From the NCBI GenBank assembly GCA_043803945.1, contig JAZDJN010000032.1, positions 12,315-76,314 of the forward strand: DNA of 64,000 nucleotides, given 5' to 3'. The first letter of the stretch is position 1. Each line of letters starts with the position of its first letter. This document shows positions 1 through 11,072 of the stretch, piece by piece. The DNA comes from a bacterium (lineage in GTDB: Bacteria > Bacteroidota > Ignavibacteria > UBA10030). The translations under genes and the position numbers were made by a program. Under the pieces are notes generated by a model. The model saw only the letters and a program-made list of their open reading frames with translations. It did not search any database and was not told the origin of the DNA.

Positions 1-75
1 CTTTTTTCTGACCTCACGCGGTGGATGAGGGAGAGCAATAGTGGAATCGGATCATTTGCGCTTTCGGCGCAGGAT

Positions 76-1184
<1,109 letters not shown>

Positions 1185-1211
1185 TCGTTCAGGGATCCCG
1201 TAATCACGACC

Positions 1212-2219
1212 ATGCCTATACATTCCCATCTCACTCCACGAAAGGTTGTTACGATCCTCGGCCTGCTGAGCGTTCTCTTGCTGATGGTGGGAATTGCTTC
1301 GGTCCTGCTGGGTGCGAGTTCAATTTCTATTGCAGAGAGCTTGAGATCGGTCTTCGGTGCCGGGGTGAGCGAAGATGATCCAACGAGACTGATCATTCTC
1401 CAAATCAGACTTCCGCGTGTGCTGCTTGCTGCGATCATCGGAGCGGGATTGGCGATTGCAGGAGCGACATTCCAGGCGCTGCTCCGGAATCCGCTTGCCG
1501 AGCCATATATCCTCGGCGTGTCGAGCGGCGGAACTGTAGGCGCAGTCGCCGTGATGATGCTTGGCCTTGGGAGCTCGTACCTCACTGTTCCTCTTTTTTC
1601 CTTCATCGGCTCAGGGCTTGTGATGATGCTCGTCTATACACTCGGGCACCGGCGCGGTTTCCTGGATACTAATGCACTTCTCCTCTCAGGCGTAATGGTC
1701 GGTGCATTTTTCAGTGCAATCGTTCTTCTCATCACAGCACTCGTGAATCAGGATATGCGCACAGCCTATCTCTGGCTGATCGGCAATCTCAGTGGTGCCG
1801 ATATGAAATCGTTCTATACCATCACACCGCTCATCCTCTTTGGCTCAATCGGACTACTTGTCCAGGGGCGTTACTTCAATTTTATCGCAACTGGCGAGGA
1901 AACCGCTCTGCACCTCGGTGTAGAAGTAGAGAGGGTCAAGAAAATATCGTATGCCCTCGCTTCACTCATTACCGGCCTCGCAGTCTCTGTCAGCGGTGTG
2001 ATCGGTTTCGTTGGATTGATTGTTCCGCATGTCTGCCGGCTGATTTTTGGGCCCGATCACCGTTTGCTCTTACCGGCTTCACTTATCGCAGGGGCATCCT
2101 TTCTGATTCTCTGCGATCTTCTTTCTCGGACACTCCTGGCTCCGATCGAACTTCCTGTCGGTGTCGTCACTGCCGTGCTCGGCGCACCGGTCTTTATTTA
2201 TCTTCTCAAAAAGAAATGA
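1212..2219 (+). CDS. FecCD/BtuC-family iron-siderophore/heme/cobalamin ABC transporter permease
   Basis: IRLPRVLLA, LLRNPLAEPYILGVSSG, GEETALHLGV, SGVIGFVGLIVPH, ELPVGVVTAVLGAP motifs; hydrophobic throughout. Confidence 0.93.
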   Translation: MPIHSHLTPRKVVTILGLLSVLLLMVGIASVLLGASSISIAESLRSVFGAGVSEDDPTRLIILQIRLPRVLLAAIIGAGLAIAGATFQALLRNPLAEPYILGVSSGGTVGAVAVMMLGLGSSYLTVPLFSFIGSGLVMMLVYTLGHRRGFLDTNALLLSGVMVGAFFSAIVLLITALVNQDMRTAYLWLIGNLSGADMKSFYTITPLILFGSIGLLVQGRYFNFIATGEETALHLGVEVERVKKISYALASLITGLAVSVSGVIGFVGLIVPHVCRLIFGPDHRLLLPASLIAGASFLILCDLLSRTLLAPIELPVGVVTAVLGAPVFIYLLKKK

Positions 2220-2267
2220 ACGGTCGTCAATTCAAAATGAAGGATTGTGTCTCACTCGCGAAAGCGA

Positions 2268-2303
2268 CCTGCCCGCCTTTATGATCCAGAAATGGCAGGC
2301 GGG
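2268..2303. repeat. REP-like GC-rich hairpin
   Basis: Imperfect inverted repeat cctgcccgcc...ggcaggcggg in an intergenic region. Confidence 0.5.
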
Positions 2304-2430
2304 GTGTCCAGTGCCTTGTTCTCAGTTAACCAGCCTTCTGTAAGGCACTTGATTCCCCCGATAGAATACATCGGGACAAGCCGCTTGCGCGGGAATGACA
2401 GTACATCGAATTTTCCAGAAAGGATTGGGC

Positions 2431-3822
2431 ATGGCAGAAAACGAAATCAACAAGAATCATAACCAATCAGGAATAATAATCTCAAACATATTTCGTGAGA
2501 TCACCCAGCCATTCGTTGATCTGATCCATGCCTCACGCGCACTCTGGGGTGCAAACCTCTCCTATTTTTTTGTCGGCCTTGTCTATTTCGGCATCCTGAG
2601 CCTGCTGGCCATCTTCTTCAATGAGTATGTTGGGCTGGACGATATCCATGCCGATCAAATGGTCGGCGTATTGACTGGTGGCATTACACTTGCTATGCTC
2701 TTTCTCGGAGCCACCGTTGATATGATCGGCCCCCGTCGAGCATTCCTGATCGCATTCAGCCTCCTGCTCGTTGGTACCGTACTGCTTGCAGTCGGCCCGG
2801 AATTTGTACAATCGAAGGGGCTCTGGTCATCCTCACACCTCTTTGCGATGCTGGGAATCTTTGTCATCATTCTGGGCTATGGAATTTATCAACCGGCAGT
2901 CTATGCGGCTGTTAAATTTTTTACGACAGAGAAAACGGCCGCCATGGGATATGCAATGCTCTATGCGGTGATGAACCTCGGTGGTTTTCTTCCCGGATTG
3001 ATTTCGCCTCCCGTTCGTCAGGCAACAGGAATTCTTGGTGTATTCTGGGTCTATGCAGCGCTCACGGTACTGGGATTAACGCTCGTCGCCATCGTCCTTA
3101 CACGGAAGGCAATGAACGATGCTATGGAAGAATCCGGATATGCTGCTATCAAAAGGAACGAGGAGAAACGGACGGCTGGGAAGCAGCTGCTCTATTATCT
3201 GAAACATTTTCCTCTCACCGATGTCCGATTTCTCTTTTTTATCTTCATCCTCATTCCGGTGCAAACGTTGTTCGCCCACAACTGGTTAACCCTTCCACAA
3301 TATTGCAGCCGGGCATTCAGCGGGGTGGTCAGCGAGAACTTTGAATTCTTCGTCAATTTCAATCCGATTCTTATCTTTATTCTCACACCGATGGTCGCCG
3401 CGTTGACGGCAAAGAAGAACGTTTACACGATGATGATTCTTGGAACATTTGTCATGGCAATGCCGACATTCATTCTTGCGCTGGGCCCGAACATTTACAC
3501 ACTCTTTGCCTACCTGATTATCATGACAATCGGAGAAGCAATGTGGCAGCCGCGATTCCTCCAATGGGTAGCGGAGATAGCTCCGAAAGATATGACCGGC
3601 ATCTATATGGGCATTGGACAGTTTCCATGGTTTCTTACGAAAATCATTACCAGTCTCTATGCAGGCTGGTTTCTTATGGAGTATTGTCCGACTGGCGTTG
3701 CTCCATCAGAGATGAGTACTCAAACGATGTGGCTGATCTATGGATTAATAGCTATCGTCAGTCCAATAGGATTATTCCTTGCCCGCCGATGGATGATTAA
3801 AGGTCTCACTGCCAGGCATTAA
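2431..3822 (+). CDS. MFS transporter (POT/peptide-transporter-like)
   Basis: About 12 hydrophobic segments, GATVDMIGPRRA motif-A-like loop, YAVMNLGG; start placed at ATG 2431. Confidence 0.8.
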   Translation: MAENEINKNHNQSGIIISNIFREITQPFVDLIHASRALWGANLSYFFVGLVYFGILSLLAIFFNEYVGLDDIHADQMVGVLTGGITLAMLFLGATVDMIGPRRAFLIAFSLLLVGTVLLAVGPEFVQSKGLWSSSHLFAMLGIFVIILGYGIYQPAVYAAVKFFTTEKTAAMGYAMLYAVMNLGGFLPGLISPPVRQATGILGVFWVYAALTVLGLTLVAIVLTRKAMNDAMEESGYAAIKRNEEKRTAGKQLLYYLKHFPLTDVRFLFFIFILIPVQTLFAHNWLTLPQYCSRAFSGVVSENFEFFVNFNPILIFILTPMVAALTAKKNVYTMMILGTFVMAMPTFILALGPNIYTLFAYLIIMTIGEAMWQPRFLQWVAEIAPKDMTGIYMGIGQFPWFLTKIITSLYAGWFLMEYCPTGVAPSEMSTQTMWLIYGLIAIVSPIGLFLARRWMIKGLTARH

Positions 3823-3902
3823 GAGGGATTTTGCTGATACAGACGATCAGTTGAAATAAGAAGATTTCCTCAAGTATTTACTCAGTTTTCAATCTTTTCG
3901 CT

Positions 3903-4047
3903 ATTATTGAAGCATTGCGAGCAAAGCATTTTGGCTGGCGTTATCCCTGGGAGCAGGACCGCTCGCGGGGATACTGGAATGGCAGAAGCTACAATGCTTA
4001 CCTGCTGAAAAAATCAGGCAAGTATATCGTTTTCGTGGGCGATACAT
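3903..4047 (+). pseudogene. Internal fragment of an MBL-fold metallo-hydrolase
   Basis: Frame reads IIEALRAKHFGWRYPWEQDRSRGYWNGRSYNAYLLKKSGKYIVFVGDT, resembling the H...GDT region of MBL-fold hydrolases; no start and no C-terminus. Confidence 0.45.
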
Positions 4048-4089
4048 CATTACAGTTCATTCTCTATCTCAACTAAAGGAGATTCATTT

Positions 4090-4656
4090 ATGAACCCAAC
4101 ACTTCTTGGTGGTATCCTTATCGGTGGCCTTTGCAGCCTCTGGATGCTCGTGTTCGGATATACCGGATGGTACAAAGAGCCTGTGATGATGAATATGTTC
4201 TGGGTTGTTATTCTGATCCAGATTGGTGTGATGATTTGGGGATTGAAGAAAACTGGAGTTGCAAACTCTTATGGCAAGCAGATTGGTGCCGGGACATTGA
4301 TGTCGGTGTATGCAGGCGTGACCCTCTTCTTTGTGTCACTCCTGTTTACCGGTGTTCTCTTCCCCAATTACTTTGAAGAGCTTCGTGCAATGCACACTCA
4401 ACTGTTGCGATCTGCAGGAAAATCGGATGCAGATATTGCATTGGAACTTCAGACAATGGCTGCGATGCAAACACCATTCATCAATGCCATCAGCGGTACG
4501 CTGGGCACAATATTTACCGGACTTATTGTCTCTCTAATTCTTGGGGCTTTTCTTAAAAAGAAAGTGGCAAGGGAACAGCAATCTTCCGCATCACAAAGGA
4601 GCGCCTTATTAACGATCGAACCATTCCCCGAAAAGGAAGGGTTCGTTGGTTTATAG
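4090..4656 (+). CDS. DUF4199-like four-TM membrane protein
   Basis: RBS aaggag; four TM helices with a helical loop (PNYFEEL...); ends LILGAFLKKK. Confidence 0.7.
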   Translation: MNPTLLGGILIGGLCSLWMLVFGYTGWYKEPVMMNMFWVVILIQIGVMIWGLKKTGVANSYGKQIGAGTLMSVYAGVTLFFVSLLFTGVLFPNYFEELRAMHTQLLRSAGKSDADIALELQTMAAMQTPFINAISGTLGTIFTGLIVSLILGAFLKKKVAREQQSSASQRSALLTIEPFPEKEGFVGL

Positions 4657-4664
4657 CAAAGCGT

Positions 4665-6233
4665 TTACTTCTTCAAACGACCGGCACGCTCCGGATCTCG
4701 CACTACCGGCCACTCTCCCGGTTGGCCTGTCCGTTGGTTCACCGGTAAGACTCGCCGATCACGAGGAATGAATTGTGGATCTTCGGAGGCCAGGTATACC
4801 AGGCACGCAATGAGAACAACATTGTTTTTTAACTCATCGAAGACCAATTTATCGTATGTGTCACGATTCGTATGCCAGGTGTAGCCGTAATCCCACGAGT
4901 TCGATCCCAAACCGAATCCCGGAGCGCCTGCTGCATCGAATGAGGCGTGATCAGTACCGCCGCCCGCCGGCATCCCTGGAAAACTCAGTTTGACTTCGCT
5001 TGTTACATCGGAAGGAATACGCGCGATCCAACGTGCAAGAAATTCTGCAGCGTTCATATATCCGGATGAGGAGAGCGAGACAATTCGTCCTGTTCCATTG
5101 TCCTGATTAAAAAGTGCCTGCAGCTTTTCAACAACTTCGGGATGATCTTTCACAAAAGCTTTTGAACCGTTCAGTCCCTGCTCCTCGCTATCCCAGTGTC
5201 CGGTAATGATTGTTCGTTTTGGATTGGGATACACCTGTTTCAGTATGCGCATCGCTTCCATCATCATAATTGTTCCCGTTCCGTTGTCCGTTGCCCCGCT
5301 GCTGCCATCCCAGGAATCGAAATGGGCAGAGAGCATTACGTACTCATCTGATTTCTGAGTTCCACGGATGGTTGCAATTGTATTCATGGCCGGACCCGGC
5401 TCGAGCATTTTGGATTCAGCGATGATACGGAGGATTGGCTTGTTGCTGCTCTCGGTCAGCCGATATACCAGTCCGTAATCTTCAAGATTCAAATCGACTG
5501 TCGGGATCGTTGTCGTATTGGCGCTGAAGATTCTGTAGACGCCATATCCATTTGCCCATTGACTCCCGATGAGTCCGGCCGCTCCTGCGTGTTCGAGTAC
5601 CTGGGCAAGTGTATCTCGTCGAAAACCCGACTTTCGAAGACGTGCATCCCAATTATCCAAGATCGTTTTACGAAGTTCCTTCATTCTGTCGAATTCTGGT
5701 TTCAGTGCAAATTCCTCCCATGTCTTATCTGGCCGGCCTGTCGGCTGAAGCGCAGCCATCAAAACGAATTTTCCCTTAACGGATGGAAGCCATTGCAGGA
5801 ATGCGATAGAGTCCGCTACATCGGGGAAAATCACAACACCGGCTGTCACGCCTCCTTTTTTTGTTGGTGGACACCATGCCAGCATCGTTCCTTCGATCGA
5901 TCGTACTCGCGGCTCCAATAAATCGATATGGGAAATCCCGCGTTCCCATCCCTGCCATTTACCGTACTCTTCATTTTTTGCCGGAATGCCCCAGGCAGAA
6001 TATTGATTGACAGCCCATACATGAGCTTTCATGCTTTGAGGCGTGCCAACGAGACGCGGCCCATGCACATCGAGTAATTGGTGCGCGAGTAATTCAAGCC
6101 TCGATGAGTCCATCGCTGCCTTCCAAATGGCTTTGATGACCGGGTCGTCGGTAGGAAATGTTTGTGCATTGGTCGGCCAGTATACCAGGAGCAGGCTGAA
6201 GACGAGCGTGAATTGTATCCAGCGTTTGATCAT
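4665..6233 (-). CDS. M28 family metallopeptidase (carboxypeptidase Q-like), secreted
   Basis: Signal peptide; zinc ligands SAHFDSWD, GATDNGTG, SEEQGL, NQDNG, TDHASF, WHT..DTYDK. Confidence 0.92.
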   Translation of the reverse strand: MIKRWIQFTLVFSLLLVYWPTNAQTFPTDDPVIKAIWKAAMDSSRLELLAHQLLDVHGPRLVGTPQSMKAHVWAVNQYSAWGIPAKNEEYGKWQGWERGISHIDLLEPRVRSIEGTMLAWCPPTKKGGVTAGVVIFPDVADSIAFLQWLPSVKGKFVLMAALQPTGRPDKTWEEFALKPEFDRMKELRKTILDNWDARLRKSGFRRDTLAQVLEHAGAAGLIGSQWANGYGVYRIFSANTTTIPTVDLNLEDYGLVYRLTESSNKPILRIIAESKMLEPGPAMNTIATIRGTQKSDEYVMLSAHFDSWDGSSGATDNGTGTIMMMEAMRILKQVYPNPKRTIITGHWDSEEQGLNGSKAFVKDHPEVVEKLQALFNQDNGTGRIVSLSSSGYMNAAEFLARWIARIPSDVTSEVKLSFPGMPAGGGTDHASFDAAGAPGFGLGSNSWDYGYTWHTNRDTYDKLVFDELKNNVVLIACLVYLASEDPQFIPRDRRVLPVNQRTGQPGEWPVVRDPERAGRLKK

Positions 6234-6354
6234 AAAAACTCCGAGAGTGATGGAAATAATAATGGTGAATGGAAATACTAGTATAATTCTTTTTACTCAG
6301 ATTGGTTCCATAAGGGAAAATTTATTCATAACAGAACTCGTGTCGCGCCGGCCT

Positions 6355-8343
6355 TCACGATTCATCGAGAAATACCTCTTCCTGTTCGATGTCCCCGCGG
6401 TTCATGAATTCGACTGGACAGCGTGGAAATGATTTGAGTACAATGCTGCCATACGATTTTCGAACAACACGGGAATCGAGAATGGTGATCATTCCCTTAT
6501 CGGTCTTCAACCGGATCAACCTGCCGACTCCCTGTCGTAATTTAATAATTGCCTCTGGCAAGGTAAATTCAAAAAATGGTGTACCGCCGCGCTGTTCAAT
6601 CTGCTCAATCCTCGATTCGATCAAGGGGTGATCAGGGACAGCAAAGGGAAGTTTGGTAATAATCACATGCTCAAGTGCTTCACCCGGAACATCGACTCCC
6701 ATCCAAAAACTATCGAGCCCGAAGAGGACCGAATGGATATCTTCCTTGAATTGTTGGAGTAAGCGGTGACGAGGCTGCTTGCCATCTTGAACAAGGAGCG
6801 TGATCCCTTCTGATTCCAGAGCCTGATGCAGCTGGCCAGCAATCGTCCGGAGGAGTTGAGCATTGGTAAACAGAACAAGAGCGCGTCCATCTGAACGAAG
6901 AATCGCTCTGAGAATCCAGTCTGGCAGTTCTTCTTTATACCTGGGATTATCAGGGAGGGGAATATCTTTTGCAAGAACGATGCGCATCTGCCGCTGGAAA
7001 TCGAATGGTGAATCGAGAACGAGGGATCGGGCACTCCCCGCACCCAGCCGGGATTGAAAATATTCCGTGGATTTATTGATGGAAAGTGTCGCGCTTGTCA
7101 GGATGCATGACATCCCTTCGCGGAAGAGGCGGGCCCCTATACTCTCTGCAATGTCGATGGGAGAGGAGTTCAGATAGATATTGGGATATCGTCCATGGCC
7201 GAATTCCACCCAGCGAGTGAGCGATGGTTCATCGTTATTCATGAATTCATCCAGGACAATTTCCGCTTCCCACAGCAATCGCCGTGCGATCAGGAGTTCA
7301 TCGTTGTTCAAAGAGCTTTTGTCTTCCTGCTCAAGTTCCTTCACTGCTGACTGGAGATCGTGGAGCGGTTTACTGAGGGTGTTTAAAACAAATCGAGGGG
7401 TGCGGATACGGATAGTATTTGACTGGGGATTGGATGAGCGCACTGTAAGCCGGATGGTTTCAAAAAAATCTTCTGCAGATTGCTCGACAGACATGCAGAG
7501 ATCTTTGTGATGTTTTGTCCGGAGTTTTGCGAGAATTCCCTTTTTCGTTTTGGGATTGTAGAGGCGGTGAATGGCGAACAACACTTGTGCCCGTGAGAGG
7601 CTGCTGCCTATACTTGATCCGGCGGCTTGTTCGAGTGTGTGTGCTTCGTCGAAGATGACAAAATCGTCCTTGAAGAGATACCCCTCGGGCAGGTCCAGCA
7701 TTGCATAGAGTGTGAAAAACAAGGCGTGATTCATTATCACGAGATTGGCATCACGAGCCCGTTGCTTCGCCTGCTGGAAGAAACAGTGTCCTCCACAGAG
7801 TTTCGTGCCGCAGGCACCCTTCTCCGAGCAAACCTGCTGCCAGACTGAGGGATCGGGGACAAATCCCAGATTCTCCACATCGCCGTCCACCGTGGTTTTT
7901 GCCCATTCCTCGATTGATGCGAGATCGTTTCGTTCCTCCATCGCAAAGAGTGATTTTTGCTGGTGAAGCGTACTTTGGAGCCGGGTTGTGCAGAGGTAAT
8001 TTTTTCTGCCCTTTAACACAACAGCGAAAAACTCCCTCTCAATCAGTGATCGTACGATGGGAATATCTTTCCGGAAGAGCTGCTCCTGTAAATTTTTCGT
8101 ATGGGTGGAGACAATTGCTTTCCGTTTATTTTCCAGTGCGTAAAGTAAACAGGGTGTAAGGTACGCAAGGCTTTTGCCAACACCGGTCGGAGCTTCTACA
8201 ATAAGGTGTTTCTTCTCTTCGAGTACGGAAGCGATTGCTTTGGCCATCTCTAATTGCTGGGGCCGAAATTCATATCCTTCGAATTTGGAGAGGGAACCAT
8301 CTTCAGAAAAAAATGATTCTATGGATTGATGGAGCTGATTCAT
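6355..8343 (-). CDS. DinG/YoaA-family ATP-dependent DNA helicase
   Basis: Q motif FRPQQ, Walker A EAPTGVGKS, Fe-S cysteines (YLC...C..C...C), FDEAH, TSAT, GVDVPG, QGVGRLIR; start placed at ATG 8343. Confidence 0.93.
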   Translation of the reverse strand: MNQLHQSIESFFSEDGSLSKFEGYEFRPQQLEMAKAIASVLEEKKHLIVEAPTGVGKSLAYLTPCLLYALENKRKAIVSTHTKNLQEQLFRKDIPIVRSLIEREFFAVVLKGRKNYLCTTRLQSTLHQQKSLFAMEERNDLASIEEWAKTTVDGDVENLGFVPDPSVWQQVCSEKGACGTKLCGGHCFFQQAKQRARDANLVIMNHALFFTLYAMLDLPEGYLFKDDFVIFDEAHTLEQAAGSSIGSSLSRAQVLFAIHRLYNPKTKKGILAKLRTKHHKDLCMSVEQSAEDFFETIRLTVRSSNPQSNTIRIRTPRFVLNTLSKPLHDLQSAVKELEQEDKSSLNNDELLIARRLLWEAEIVLDEFMNNDEPSLTRWVEFGHGRYPNIYLNSSPIDIAESIGARLFREGMSCILTSATLSINKSTEYFQSRLGAGSARSLVLDSPFDFQRQMRIVLAKDIPLPDNPRYKEELPDWILRAILRSDGRALVLFTNAQLLRTIAGQLHQALESEGITLLVQDGKQPRHRLLQQFKEDIHSVLFGLDSFWMGVDVPGEALEHVIITKLPFAVPDHPLIESRIEQIEQRGGTPFFEFTLPEAIIKLRQGVGRLIRLKTDKGMITILDSRVVRKSYGSIVLKSFPRCPVEFMNRGDIEQEEVFLDES

Positions 8344-8709
8344 GGAGAAGAGTATACGGAAAAAGTACCTTGCACGGTAGTGTTCATATTTCTGCTGCTT
8401 GGTGAGTAGAAATTGGCAGAGAATATATTCTGGCATTACAATAATCACTCACCAAATTTTCAATGGAGGTTCAACAAGCGGTTGTCATGTATGAATCATA
8501 CGTTATCTTTTCGAACAACGTACATTACAGTATTTCTGGGTAATTGCAGGGAATACGATCGTATCGTTCACTGATGTGGGAGTCATACTCAGGATTTGGA
8601 AGTAGGAATTAAGACCTTCATCAAGTGAATCCATAAATTCCCTGCATCTAGAGCATCAGGAACTGAATAGCCGTAGAATTGGATAGAGTATTGATTTTTT
8701 CTTAAGGTG

Positions 8710-8738
8710 TTGACATCGCGCTGAAATTGCGGTATATT
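8710..8738 (+). promoter_or_regulatory. Sigma70-type promoter for the tRNA
   Basis: TTGACA (8710-8715), 17-nt spacer, TATATT (8733-8738). Confidence 0.8.
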
Positions 8739-8764
8739 TACATCACTTAAAACGATCGCGGGGT

Positions 8765-8834
8765 GTGGTTCGATCCTTCGATTTCACTCAGGATCGAATC
8801 GTGAGTTCATCGAATGATTCGACAAGCTCACCAC
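8765..8834. repeat. Nested REP-like hairpin cluster (TTCGA-xxxx-CTCA family) in the tRNA leader
   Basis: Outer gtggttcga...ttcgacaagctcaccac encloses tccttcgatttcactcagga and an inverted unit tcgtgagttcatcgaatga. Confidence 0.6.
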
Positions 8835-8848
8835 ATCAAGCAAAACAC

Positions 8849-8921
8849 CGCGGGGTGGAGCAATTGGAAGCTCGTCGGGCTCATAACCCGAAGGTTGCAG
8901 GTTCAAGTCCTGCCCCCGCTA
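8849..8921 (+). tRNA. tRNA-Met (initiator, anticodon CAT)
   Basis: CGCGGGG/CCCCGCT acceptor with C1 mismatch; anticodon arm TCGGG-CTCATAA-CCCGA with three consecutive G-C pairs; T arm GCAGG-TTCAAGT-CCTGC; CCA not encoded. Confidence 0.97.
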
Positions 8922-8923
8922 CG

Positions 8924-8966
8924 AAAAACAACGAGCCCAGCCGCAATGCTGGGCACGGTTGTTTTC
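8924..8966 (+). terminator. Intrinsic terminator after the tRNA
   Basis: aaaacaac-gagcccagc-cgcaat-gctgggc-acg-gttgtttt hairpin with A and T flanks. Confidence 0.65.
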
Positions 8967-8989
8967 ATAGTATCCGGACAGAATATGGT

Positions 8990-9037
8990 GTCCTGTTTAC
9001 CCCGACGAAGCGCAGCGTAGTCGGGGCCCCCGCTACA
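8990..9037 (+). repeat. Copy of the tRNA-Met 3' end (TCCTG|CCCCCGCTAC) split by a palindromic insert
   Basis: tcctg + tttaccccgacgaagcgcagcgtagtcgggg + cccccgctac; the outer parts match 8908-8922. Confidence 0.65.
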
Positions 9038-9528
9038 AGTTCTAAAGAAGATCCTTATCGGTGTTCACCCCGTTAACGGGGTAAATCGGTGAGGGTCTTT
9101 AGTTTATATTATGGAATCTCAGGAAAAGTCTGAGGTGTACTGTTGAAGTGATTTTTGAATTGAGTATCAGCCCCTTCCAGAAAAATCAAATCTCAATTTG
9201 GATGTAATTCAGTCCTTTCAAGTAGGTTGTTTTCACCACAAATCTCTTCTCCTTCAGTGTCGCATTGACACTACTCTCAAACATTGCTACATTCATTCCA
9301 CAGTAAGGAGGGAACCGTGCCGCTCCTGCAACAAATAAAATTTTTGTGTTGAATGAGAAACCTCTGGAATCACTGATTGTGATGAAAGAGGTTTTTGTGT
9401 TTTATGAATCCTGAATATTATATCCAACAGGGTATGGCAAGTGGGTCAGAAATTAATAAGAGAAATACTAACTGTTCTGTAACACAACAAGAGGAAGCTT
9501 GTCAACTATACAAATTAGGAGGGCTACT

Positions 9529-10233
9529 ATGGAACCTGAATCAAATCCAACTGCTCCAAATCGGGAGGGAATTACAATTCTGGCTTGGATGATTGTAGGC
9601 ATTGTTCTTGTTAGCATCGCCTATTTCATTCCAGCAGATTCACAAGAACTCTGGCCCAACGTCAATCTCGCATTGCAGATTGCTGGACTCTACCTGCTCA
9701 TCCTTTTAATCTACATACTCCAAAAACCTATCCGGTTGCTGCATGGAGCGCTAATGTGTTTGATTGTGCTCGTCGTAATGGGCTTTACCTTCTTTCTGAC
9801 GTATCGCTTTGAAGATCAAACAAAGTGGCAGGCAGAGCGGCTCCACAAAATTCTTGGTGTAATCAAAGAGGGTATTCGGACTGTTGAAGCACCAAAGATA
9901 TTATTGAAGACACTCGAAGCGTATCATCGCAAACAGATGAAGCAGCAAAAGAATCTTGCTGAAACATTCAAGACCTTATACCCAACAGCAGAGAGTGGAG
10001 TCAATCTGTTCACCAAAGAGTATTTCCCGGATTATTTCTGGTTCGAAAGGACAAGCAATCCTCTTAAAATCTTTGTTCAGTCCATAGAACCAGGAACGAT
10101 TGTTCTGGTTGCCATGGATCAATTTCATGAAGGGAAAAACTCCACCTTTAACAATTATGACGGTCAATCGGGAAGGGTGCAGGTTCGCTACACACTGACT
10201 GAGAAAGGAATAACCCATGTCACAGAAAATTGA
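9529..10233 (+). CDS. Hypothetical membrane protein (3 N-terminal TM helices plus soluble domain)
   Basis: RBS aggagg before ATG 9529; hydrophobic N-terminal half; overlaps the next gene. Confidence 0.7.
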   Translation: MEPESNPTAPNREGITILAWMIVGIVLVSIAYFIPADSQELWPNVNLALQIAGLYLLILLIYILQKPIRLLHGALMCLIVLVVMGFTFFLTYRFEDQTKWQAERLHKILGVIKEGIRTVEAPKILLKTLEAYHRKQMKQQKNLAETFKTLYPTAESGVNLFTKEYFPDYFWFERTSNPLKIFVQSIEPGTIVLVAMDQFHEGKNSTFNNYDGQSGRVQVRYTLTEKGITHVTEN

Positions 10234-11005
10234 ACAAGAGACGGTTCTGCCCGTATCTCGACCTGAATTCGAGAAAGGATTTCTTTGGAAGCTGGGCTTG
10301 ACTACAATTCTAATCCTTCTTCTAGTTGGAGTTGGCAATTACATTGTGGACAACTTTCAATCCCATGGAATTCAGCTAACATATCCGTGGGTCATTGCCG
10401 GGAGTGTGACCATCGGCAACGGACTGAGCCGATTCAGCTATGAAGCTGGAGGTAAGGAGCCAACACCATTGCCCAGCGCTTTACACGCCTGGCCGCTTGC
10501 CTCGGTATTGATATTGTATGTCATTACGCCGACAATGTTCCTCTTTGGCTGGAGACGCAACCGTATCCGGTCTAAAGAACCACGCGAACCCTTACGAGTG
10601 CTTCACGTACTGTATATCGCAGCTGCAATCCCGGTGGTTATAACAGCCATATCGGTTATTCCGATGACCTACATCCACGAAGAGGTCCGATCAAGTCTTC
10701 GTGAGGCACAGGCCGTTCAGGAGCAAAAAGACTTCATCATTAACGAATTGAATCTGATTAAGAACAGGGCTATTGAATATACTCTGCTTCCGAAACAGTT
10801 CAATGGAGGGGATGGATCCTTCAATGGGTATGTGATTCCGCAAGAACTTCAAACGACTCCTCAGAGTATGTATGTAAGTACAGTTAAGGCCGATACGTTG
10901 TTCCTTGAAGCTCGCTCGGTCATGTATCCTGAATCCACGGTCAAAGTAAAAATCAGAATCGATGGTACGTGGTTTGACTGGGAATATGAAGGGAAACTCC
11001 TCTAA
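10217..11005 (+). CDS. Hypothetical membrane protein with a possible pilin-like C-terminal domain
   Basis: Three TM segments, then an amphipathic helix (QKDFIINELNLIKNRAIEY) and LPKQFNGGDGSFNGY followed by beta strands. Confidence 0.65.
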   Translation: MSQKIEQETVLPVSRPEFEKGFLWKLGLTTILILLLVGVGNYIVDNFQSHGIQLTYPWVIAGSVTIGNGLSRFSYEAGGKEPTPLPSALHAWPLASVLILYVITPTMFLFGWRRNRIRSKEPREPLRVLHVLYIAAAIPVVITAISVIPMTYIHEEVRSSLREAQAVQEQKDFIINELNLIKNRAIEYTLLPKQFNGGDGSFNGYVIPQELQTTPQSMYVSTVKADTLFLEARSVMYPESTVKVKIRIDGTWFDWEYEGKLL

Positions 11006-11072
11006 CTGTGTAATGAGGATGGTTTATTCAGAAATAATTAATGACGAATCCTATGGAGTAAAGGAAAAGACT

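Noticed and set aside
6355-8343. DinG as a type IV CRISPR (CasDinG) or defence helicase
   Set aside because: It sits among housekeeping genes, has Fe-S cysteines like chromosomal YoaA/DinG, and has no csf genes nearby.
8488-8600. GIY-YIG nuclease remnant near the tRNA (MYESYVIFS..., also VYIMESQ at about 9100)
   Set aside because: Only a few residues of resemblance, interrupted by stops; not supportable without a search.
8757-8921. Intron-containing or split tRNA
   Set aside because: A complete uninterrupted tRNA exists at 8849-8921; the upstream match is only 9 nt followed by REP-like hairpins.
8765-9076. 103-aa and 68-aa ORFs over the tRNA
   Set aside because: Spurious translations of the tRNA, terminator and palindromes.
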